A DNA stretch of 63,950 bases, the filler included, from Thraustochytrium aureum (taxonomy: Eukaryota), in the NCBI GenBank assembly GCA_012862495.1. It is 5 parts of 5 records of this genome, joined end to end, with 100 filler letters (N's around TTAATTAATTAA, not from the genome) between each part and the next. Parts side by side here need not be neighbours in the genome. Positions count along the whole stretch, not along the records: positions 56,617 to 62,487 come from BLSG01000375.1; positions 62,588 to 63,950 come from BLSG01000391.1; 3 more parts are not named here. One strand, written 5' to 3'. Shown in pieces: positions 56,616 through 63,950 of the stretch (the stretch's first letter is position 1; the number at the start of each line of letters is the position of its first letter). The notes under the pieces were generated by a model that was given only the letters and a program-made list of their open reading frames with translations, made no database searches and was not told the origin of the DNA. Made by a program: the position numbers and the translations under genes.

Positions 56616-58133
56616 NGCCCTTTGATCGGACGTTCTGGCGGCAGATCCGAAACCCTTACTACCTGCTCTTGACCGGGATAGGCCTGATCCCGGGGGTGGG
56701 CATGCTGTGGTGGCTCTTTGTCTTTGTGCTTCATGACAAGCGCGACGAGTACCAGCTCTCACAGTTCATCGTGGGATTCCAGACGGCAAAGTTTTTTTCT
56801 CAGGGCTGCCTCAACCTCCTTCGAGGCGCATTCATGTACTACTTGTGTGCGACACGCGACGTGCCGCGGTGTGATACCGACGGCCCAAAAGTGCGCGACT
56901 TTGTTGACGCGGTCTTCTTCTCGGCCCAGATCGTGATCGTGTGGCTCACTTTCTTCCTGCTCCCCTACTCTGAGCCATGCTACTCAGTCAACGACCCCAA
57001 GGACGCGTTTCGCCTGGACGACCTCCGAAACGACCGCTCCCAGGCCGCGTTGCGCGCCAAGGTGCGTCTCGGCCGCGGGGGCCGCCTCACGAATCTTTTC
57101 TGGTGGGACACCGTTGCGGTGTGCTTGGTTCTCTTCCTTGCAGCCGTCGCGTTTTTCGGATTTGACCAGCGCGACTGGCAGTTCCGATCCACCTGCTATT
57201 GGCTCGCTACGCTGTACGGGCTCACCAGCCTGCCGTTTGTACCGTTCAAGCTCCCGGTGATGGGGAGCTTGCTCACTCCAACTCGCGCGACCGGATACAC
57301 GCGCGCGGGCCACACGGTTATCAAGGTTGTCGCTCCGCCGCCCGAAGCCCTGCTGCGCGCGCAGCAGGCCAGCATCGAGCGGCGCCGCCTCGTGCGCCGC
57401 CCCTCCACCTTGGCGCCATCCAACGCGGAGGAGCTGGGCCTGGGGGCTCGAGACGCCGACGACGAGCAGGGCCAACAAGGTGCGGCGGCAGGCACTGCTG
57501 CGGAGGCATCGCGGTCTCCGGCGGCTGGCGGCGTGCTTGGACCGCTCAGCGCGCTGGGGTTTGGGTCTTGGGAAGGTCGACACCGGCAAACGTCGTGGCC
57601 GCCCAGGGGAGCTCGACAGATCTGAAGCCCACAACGACCAAGTCCCAGGCCCCACGCAAAACCAGGACCCTGCGCGAGCGGGTGTTGTCACACCACTCCA
57701 CCTGGCCGAAGCGCGGCGGATGCTCCGCCCTGACCCGAATGTGACCCCGCGAGACCTCGGACCGAGCTTTGCAGACCACGCAGTGTCTGGCCTCACTCCG
57801 ATCGTAAACGCGATGCGCCAACAGGAAGAGTTCGATTTGGCATCACCGCTTGACCCCAAGCTCGGTTTTTTCATGAGCGACTCGTTTGAAGCCGAGTTGC
57901 GTCGTCGCGAAACTGGGCTCGAGGAGCAGGACGAGGACGTCGAGGAGCCCTTGTTTTCACTAAACGAGCCGGTCTCGCCGGAGCCACTTTCTGCGACTTT
58001 GCACCGATCGCGGAGCGTCGAGGGCGCCACAAACGCAGTTGCGCTCGAGACGAATGAGACCTCAACACAGGCATCGGCGCAGCTGATGCGCAACCTGAGC
58101 AGGCTTCGCAGCAGCTCGAGCCTCTTCAACTAG
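56616..58133 (+). CDS. Uncharacterised multi-pass membrane protein (5'-partial; probable frameshift at 57560-57562)
   Basis: Several TM segments (DKRDEYQLSQFIVGFQTAKFFSQG; WLATLYGLTSLPFVPFKLP; LTPTRATGY), then a disordered tail in the +1 frame to a stop at 58133. Confidence 0.65.
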
Positions 58134-58244
58134 TCGCTTCGGCCCCAGCGCGACCGTCGCACAGCAGCGCCGCGTTTGCGTAAACACAGTTTCTGCCGCT
58201 CCTTGCCCCAACGCGGCCTTGCCACAAGGCTGAAGACATGTCAG

Positions 58245-58757
58245 TCATGCGTGGCCAGCGCTGCGACTGCCGGGGCCCCTCGGCACAGAGCTCGTTGCAC
58301 GGACCTGCTTGAGCCTGACATCTAGGGCTGCCTCCAGAACACGTAGGCCTGCTGCGCGCTGCTTGCCGTAGGTGGCGTGCTGGAAGCGTTCATATGGCGA
58401 GGCTTCGTGAGGTTGCTTTGGCTTGGACTGCCCTGTTTTGGCAGCGCTCGGTCCGCGGGCTTTGGCCGTGGGCTTGCCCGCTTCCTTGTCGCTGGGGCCC
58501 TGAGCGCTGCTTTGCGCGGCCTGCCGTTCAAGTCGGCGCCGCGCTGCTGCGACGAGTTTGTCTCGCCACTCGTCCGTCAGCACGATCTCGCCCTCCCCGT
58601 CAAGCATGTCCGAGAGCTCGACCGGCTCGCGGCCGTGGGCCCCGTCCTCCGAGAGCTCGACCGGCTCGCGGCCGTGGGCCCCGTCCTCCGAGAGCTCGAC
58701 CGGCTCGCGGCCGTGGGCCCCGTCCTCCGAGAGCTCGACCGGCTCGCGGCCGTGGGC
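58245..58757 (-). CDS. C-terminal fragment of a hypothetical protein with 13-aa repeats (AHGREPVELSEDG)
   Basis: The open frame runs from the gap through the 39-bp repeats into MLDGEGEIVLTDEWRDKL...; stop at 58245. Confidence 0.5.
   Translation of the reverse strand, partial: AHGREPVELSEDGAHGREPVELSEDGAHGREPVELSEDGAHGREPVELSDMLDGEGEIVLTDEWRDKLVAAARRRLERQAAQSSAQGPSDKEAGKPTAKARGPSAAKTGQSKPKQPHEASPYERFQHATYGKQRAAGLRVLEAALDVRLKQVRATSSVPRGPGSRSAGHA
58609..58757. repeat. 39-bp tandem repeat, at least 3.8 copies, running into a gap
   Basis: tccgagagctcgaccggctcgcggccgtgggccccgtcc repeated identically. Confidence 0.95.
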
Positions 58758-59331
58758 NNNNNNNNNNNNNNNNNNNNNNNNNNNNNNNNNNNNNNNNNNN
58801 NNNNNNNNNNNNNNNNNNNNNNNNNNNNNNNNNNNNNNNNNNNNNNNNNNNNNNNNNNNNNNNNNNNNNNNNNNNNNNNNNNNNNNNNNNNNNNNNNNNN
58901 NNNNNNNNNNNNNNNNNNNNNNNNNNNNNNNNNNNNNNNNNNNNNNNNNNNNNNNNNNNNNNNNNNNNNNNNNNNNNNNNNNNNNNNNNNNNNNNNNNNN
59001 NNNNNNNNNNNNNNNNNNNNNNNNNNNNNNNNNNNNNNNNNNNNNNNNNNNNNNNNNNNNNNNNNNNNNNNNNNNNNNNNNNNNNNNNNNNNNNNNNNNN
59101 NNNNNNNNNNNNNNNNNNNNNNNNNNNNNNNNNNNNNNNNNNNNNNNNNNNNNNNNNNNNNNNNNNNNNNNNNNNNNNNNNNNNNNNNNNNNNNNNNNNN
59201 NNNNNNNNNNNNNNNNNNNNNNNNNNNNNNNNNNNNNNNNNNNNNNNNNNNNNNNNNNNNNNNNNNNNNNNNNNNNNNNNNNNNNNNNNNNNNNNNNNNN
59301 NNNNNNNNNNNNNNNNNNNNNNNNNNNNNNN

Positions 59332-59843
59332 NGAGCCGCAGCCGAGCGAAGCGCGCTGGAGGCAGGCGAAACGCCATGTCGATCTCAGTTCGAGCGGGAA
59401 GCACGAGGTGTGGCCGCGCGGCTCGCCAAGTTGAAGCACGACATCCTCGGCGCGGTGGAGGCCTACAGCGGGTCCGAAGGCAGCGCCGGGCCGGCGTTTA
59501 GCGAGGAGCAGCGCGACGGCTTTGATGCCTTCGTGGCCAGGACGGCCAAGGCCGAGCAGGCTGCGGTGAGCGCACTCAGCGCTCAGGTGAAGTCGCAAGG
59601 GCCAGCGCGGGAGGGCTCGCTTCTGGAGCACAAGAATAACGTTGTAATGGTGCTCTTCGACATGGTGCAGGATCTGACTAGGATCACGAGCAAACTGCAG
59701 ATGCTGCGGATGAGGCAGGTACTCGCTTCCAAGCCGGCCCTGTTCACGGACGAGATCGGCGTTGAGTTCGAGCAGGAACTCGAGAGGATTGCAGAAGCTG
59801 ACCAAGCGCGATCAGAGGCGAATGGCTCGGCAAACAAGCAGTG

Positions 59844-59879
<36 letters not shown>

Positions 59880-60381
59880 GCAGCAGCCGCAGCAGCAGGA
59901 GCAGCAGCAGGAGCGGCGGCACTTTGGAGCGCCGACCGGCCGCCCTCCAGAAGGAGCTTCTGCAACAGTCTTTGCTGCGCGCGGCGGTCGCGGCGAGCCC
60001 CAGGACGACAACGAGATGGACAACGAGGACGACGTCTTGTTTGCCGATGAAGCCCTGGATGCAGAAACGATGCAGATTTTTGAGGCGGAGCAAGCGGCCC
60101 TGAAGTCGCAGCTTGACGCCGAGATGCGCGAGGTCAAGCAGGTCGAAAAGCAGATGCACAACCTGTCGGAACTCGCGGCTGTGTTTAGCACCGAGGTGGC
60201 CGCGCAGAGCCACGGGTTGATCAATGTCTTTAACGACGTTCGGCAGAGCACCGAGTTTATGGACAAGTCGCTTGGGGAGCTCAACAGCGCAAAGCAGCAC
60301 AACGCGAGTGGCCGGTGGTACGTCGTGATCGCGTTTTCGGTCGCGACGCTATCGCTGCTCATTTACGACATGATGGACTAG
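59332..60381 (+). CDS. STX18: Syntaxin-18/Ufe1/SYP81-like Qa-SNARE (5'-partial), with a polyQ tract
   Basis: MQIFEAEQAAL...EVKQVEKQMHNLSELAAVFSTEVAAQ...NASGRWYVVIAFSVATLSLLIYD matches the STX18 SNARE motif and tail anchor; EHKNNVV in the Habc region. Confidence 0.8.
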
Positions 60382-60684
60382 GACGAGGGTTACATTCTGA
60401 ATGCAGTTAGAAAGGCAGCTTTTTATTTCATCACAGATGGAGTGGCCGGCTCTGCGTCTACCGCGGCAAGGCAACCAGCAGCTCCTGCGTGGCCTCCACG
60501 TGGCAACGGCCTCTCGTAGGGCAAGCTCGTCCGCCCATCTCGACGGGGCACGAGAATAATACAAACAAGTCAACGCAGCGCGCCTTTTGAGGCTTGCTAC
60601 TTCTGGAAACAAACCAAAACGCCAGAGCCGCAGGAGCCACGCCAACGTTTTGGAAGAGAGGCCCCCTTTTCGCGCAGAGCTTCG

Positions 60685-62487
60685 TCAACCCGCTAGTGGC
60701 AACAGGCGGCGAGGGGCGACCCCAGCCTCGGCGTTTAGACGCACGCAAACCACGGTGATGTTGTCACGGCTGCCAAGCTCAAACGCAGCATCCCGGATCT
60801 TTTGCGCGGCACGCACTGGGTCCGAGACAAACCGGACGAGTTCCAGGATGCGCAATTCGTCCAGCACGTCCCAGACACCATCGCATCCGAGTATAAGCCA
60901 CTTGTCCTCGGGGCGCAACTTTCGCGTCTGCAACGTCGGCTCGGAGGAGATGATCTCTCTGAATTGCAGGTCGCCAAGAGCGCGCGAAACGGCGAGCACG
61001 CCGCAGACACGGCCGTTCGAAGTGACAAAGCCGCCTTGGCGCTCGATGCGCTCGCGCTCCCCAGCGGTGAGCGGTGTGAGCGTTTCCGAAAGCCAAATTG
61101 CCTCTTCCTTGGCAGCGCTGGCGGGCCGCAAAGAGCCCATTTCCGCCATGCGCACAAGGAGCGCGCGTGAGTCGCCCACACTCGCAACGCAGAGCGTGTC
61201 CCGGACGAACAAGCTGACTAGGGCGCAGGAGCCGTTTTGGATCTGAAAGTCCGCACATCGCTCCTGGACCTTTTGGAACGCGCGGGTAAGACAGGCCTCG
61301 AGGCGAGCCTCGTCTTGGGCACCGGCTTTCGTTGCGCTACTTCCGTCCTCGAGCTGCAGATCGTGGGTTTGCGCGCCGACCGTCGCGCTGACGTCGTGCA
61401 CGTCCACTTCGGGCGAGCGGGTTTCGCCTTCAGCATTGGGAGATCGCGCAGCGCCGGACGGGCCGCCATCCGCGCCTGCAGCGTCTGGGCGGAGGGCGTC
61501 ACTCAGGGCCGGCACGGGTGCTAGCTCTTGGGCAAGGTAGTCCGAAAACGTTGCTTGCGCAAAGCGAGCGCACTCGACCCCGCCGTGGCCGTCGAAAACG
61601 CCGAAGAGGTGCTCGTTTTCTTGCCGACGAAAGTTTGGTTTGAGGAGCACCACGTCTTCCATCTTTTGCCGCCGGCCGCGGGTTTCTGCAAAGCCAAACG
61701 AGAACGAGGAGCCGGCTATGCTCTTGAAGCGCGGCAAGCCGTCGTGGCTATCCTGCACAGCAACGCGGGACGCGGTCGTGCGAGATTGTCGCATTGCAAG
61801 TAGAATCGTCGCATCGAGGACTGCGTCAATCGCCTCCGCGACGGCCTGGTTGCGGGTAAGCGCTGCTTGTACGATCGCCTGGCATTGACTGAGCGGCCAG
61901 AACGCCGCAGTTTGGCTTGAGCTCGTGAGCCCAGCCGATTTCGAGTCTCCTGCGGAGCCTAGCTCAGGCTCTTGCCGCCCCCTCTCCACTGTGACAGCGT
62001 CGATGGCGCCACTCTCTGGTGGTGCAGGGGCTGCATCCCCGTTCCCGTCGAGTGCGAGCACCTTGATGCGAAAGTGGCACCGGACCGCGCGCGCAATGGC
62101 CTCGAGGCAGCGGCTGGGCAGCGCGTTGTCTGCCAAGTCGAGAAGCTCAATCCGGTTGACCTCGGACAGGAGAATCCTGTTTACAATTGCCACCGCGCAA
62201 TCCTCGTCGAGCGAGCAGTTGCGCAGCCACAGCCGGCGGAGAGTCCGGTTGCCGGGAAAGTAGCGCAACAATCCTCGCACGCCGCCTGCTCCAAGCGGGT
62301 TGCAGGACAGGTCCAGATCGACGAGGGTCGAGTTGGACCGCAGCCCGCGACCGACTTCCGCTGCAGTTTGGGGGTTGATGTCTGACGCGACGAGCGCAAG
62401 CGAGTGCACCATGCAGGCCCGCGCGACGAGCTCGGCAAGCGCCATGCCCCCTCTTGGGCCGATTTCCGCTCGTTCGAAGCGAAGAGC
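60685..62487 (-). CDS. RNI-like LRR + PP2C phosphatase (5'-partial)
   Basis: LRRs NSTLVDLDLSCNPLG, NRTLRRLWLRNC, IELLDLADN; PP2C motifs GRRQKMED, LFGVFDGHGG, VASVGDSRA, LAVSRALGD, LILGCDGVWD, GSRDNITV. Confidence 0.9.
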   Translation of the reverse strand, partial: ALRFERAEIGPRGGMALAELVARACMVHSLALVASDINPQTAAEVGRGLRSNSTLVDLDLSCNPLGAGGVRGLLRYFPGNRTLRRLWLRNCSLDEDCAVAIVNRILLSEVNRIELLDLADNALPSRCLEAIARAVRCHFRIKVLALDGNGDAAPAPPESGAIDAVTVERGRQEPELGSAGDSKSAGLTSSSQTAAFWPLSQCQAIVQAALTRNQAVAEAIDAVLDATILLAMRQSRTTASRVAVQDSHDGLPRFKSIAGSSFSFGFAETRGRRQKMEDVVLLKPNFRRQENEHLFGVFDGHGGVECARFAQATFSDYLAQELAPVPALSDALRPDAAGADGGPSGAARSPNAEGETRSPEVDVHDVSATVGAQTHDLQLEDGSSATKAGAQDEARLEACLTRAFQKVQERCADFQIQNGSCALVSLFVRDTLCVASVGDSRALLVRMAEMGSLRPASAAKEEAIWLSETLTPLTAGERERIERQGGFVTSNGRVCGVLAVSRALGDLQFREIISSEPTLQTRKLRPEDKWLILGCDGVWDVLDELRILELVRFVSDPVRAAQKIRDAAFELGSRDNITVVCVRLNAEAGVAPRRLLPLAG

Positions 62488-62587
62488 NNNNNNNNNNNNN
62501 NNNNNNNNNNNNNNNNNNNNNNNNNNNNNNNTTAATTAATTAANNNNNNNNNNNNNNNNNNNNNNNNNNNNNNNNNNNNNNNNNNNN
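62488..62587. other. Artificial contig spacer
   Basis: N-TTAATTAATTAA-N. Confidence 0.95.
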
Positions 62588-62614
62588 CAAGCCAGTTGGG
62601 AGTGAATGATCCTT

Positions 62615-62685
62615 GTCACGCGAGGTCATGCGAGGTCATGCGAGGTCACGCGAGGTCATGCGAGGTCATGCGAGGTCATGCGAGG
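62615..62685. repeat. 10-bp tandem repeat cgaggtca(t/c)g, about 7 copies
   Basis: Read directly. Confidence 0.9.
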
Positions 62686-63293
62686 CGGCTGACCTCATGA
62701 GGGTCTGGTCTTCCAGTGTTCTGGCCTCGTGTCGATCTGCCATGAGTGTTCTGGTCTCCTATCGATCGGCCTTGAGGTGTTTGTTTGCCTGGGGCCTTAC
62801 CCATCACCGAGCGGCTGGTGGATCAGGATATCATCAAAAGTGTGATGCGCCGGCCCGTGTAGGTGAAACTGTTCGAGTGCTCGACTTGGCTCGGCTTGGG
62901 GGCTTGGCTCGGCGAGCGCAACGGTGCCTCGAGAGAGCTGGCGCGTGTACCAATCCGGCGCGAGCGAGAGTGCCACAACGACAGTCGCGCCAATTCCGTG
63001 CGCAGTCGAGCCAAGCGCACGCTCATCAATTCAATTGCAGTGAGTTCGAGGTGGTCGTGTATGATGTTCGAAGGAGCACGCGACATCTCTTGGAAACGAA
63101 CGCATGCTACGATGCACGTTCGCAACACCCGTGGCCTGTCTTTGTTAGTCTGCGCCGAGTTGGCATGCGCCATACGTACGCGTGTCCAATTCTGTTGCTC
63201 CTACCGCCAGACGATTCCTACCAGGCACTCTGTTGGAGGACTTGGCCAGGCGAAATATGTGAAAACTCTAGATCTCATTGATGCTCGACCAGT

Positions 63294-63950
63294 CTACTCG
63301 TTACTGATAAGCCGTGGGTTGCTCCTGTCCTTCGTTTGAAACATCTTACCCTGAATGTTACGCCATTCCGTTTCCAATCCACATTGTGAACAAAACATGT
63401 CACCATCTGAATTGCCGCGAGGGCCTTTCGGCCCTAATGCGGACAATACGGGCCCCACGGGCCCCATACCGCTTGCCAACACCTTTACCCCCAAACCGAT
63501 AAAGTTAAAGCCTTTAGCCTTGGATTTCCAGTCATGGCCACCATGGTTCTTGCAGCACTGGCATCTCCACGACTTGGCTTTGGGACAAGGCATATCCGGC
63601 CCTGTTCCACCACAACCAACGCATGCTGGAAACTCGAGGATACAGTCAAAGCTGCACGGTTTGCCTGTATGTCTGCGCTGGAGGTTGCAGGCAACGTGGC
63701 TATGGTTGATGCAAAAGTGTTGGCAGTGGTCGCAGGGCTGGGCAGCGCCGCACTTTTTAATTCGCTTGGTGTTGGTGCACCGATCACATGGAGAAACTGC
63801 GACCATTTGATCGCAGCTGCACGGTCCTTCGTGGTCCGTGGTGAGCGAGCACTTATCCCCGCAGCCTTCGCAGTCCATTGAGCAGTGCACGGGACATTGC
63901 GTGGTCCAGCACGGGCATTTCTCCTTGCAACTGCTACGGCAGGAGGAGGG
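63294..63950 (-). CDS. C-terminal part of a Cys/His-rich, putative multi-zinc-finger protein
   Basis: Open from the window edge: PSSCRSSCKEKCPC...CGDKCSLTTDHEGPCSC...CNLQRRHTGKPC...FCSQCG; stop at 63294. Confidence 0.6.
   Translation of the reverse strand, partial: PSSCRSSCKEKCPCWTTQCPVHCSMDCEGCGDKCSLTTDHEGPCSCDQMVAVSPCDRCTNTKRIKKCGAAQPCDHCQHFCINHSHVACNLQRRHTGKPCSFDCILEFPACVGCGGTGPDMPCPKAKSWRCQCCKNHGGHDWKSKAKGFNFIGLGVKVLASGMGPVGPVLSALGPKGPRGNSDGDMFCSQCGLETEWRNIQGKMFQTKDRSNPRLISNE

Noticed and set aside
583..57562. About 11 frameshifts (583-586, 14585-14587, 19413-19417, 22260-22262, 22389-22393, 23952-23957, ~38298, ~38356, ~43535, 50423-50426, 57560-57562) as programmed frameshifting, RNA editing or pseudogenes
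   Set aside because: All fall in mononucleotide runs, go in both directions, and hit highly conserved genes such as UBC13 with no other decay. This is the signature of pyrosequencing-type homopolymer error; raw reads or RNA-seq would confirm.
24343..62587. TTAATTAATTAA elements as biological motifs (e.g. piggyBac TTAA sites)
   Set aside because: Each is centred in a roughly 100-nt N block and gives stops in all six frames, as expected of a contig-joining spacer.

Overview
Eukaryotic, GC-rich, gene-dense and intron-poor draft sequence. It most likely comes from a flagellated stramenopile protist such as a thraustochytrid or other labyrinthulomycete; this is inferred from gene content and not confirmed. 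Four artificial N-TTAATTAATTAA-N spacers split the window into five pieces (1-24342, 24443-42422, 42523-56516, 56616-62487, 62588-63950), so adjacency is meaningful only within a piece. There are many N gaps and about 11 apparent frameshifts, all in homopolymer runs, which look like sequencing errors. Piece 1 carries Arp10/ACTR10, a PKD2/TRPP-like channel, a CatSper2-like channel subunit, UBC13 and a large soluble adenylyl cyclase (ADCY10-like); this is a possible linked flagellar Ca2+/cAMP module. Piece 2 carries a repeat-flanked secreted WSC-MACPF-F-type-lectin protein, TMEM234, a divergent pyruvate kinase, an STK32/YANK kinase, a type I membrane protein, a FUSC/ALMT-like transporter and Bax inhibitor-1. 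Piece 3 carries a CYP86-clan P450, an EGF-like 7TM protein, a fibro-slime/PA14 + L-lectin receptor-like protein, an Orai-like channel, tRNA-Leu(CAA) and a DUF4336 protein. Piece 4 carries a membrane protein, syntaxin-18 and an LRR-PP2C. Piece 5 ends in a Cys-rich ORF. All homology calls are by-eye motif recognition; no database searches were run.
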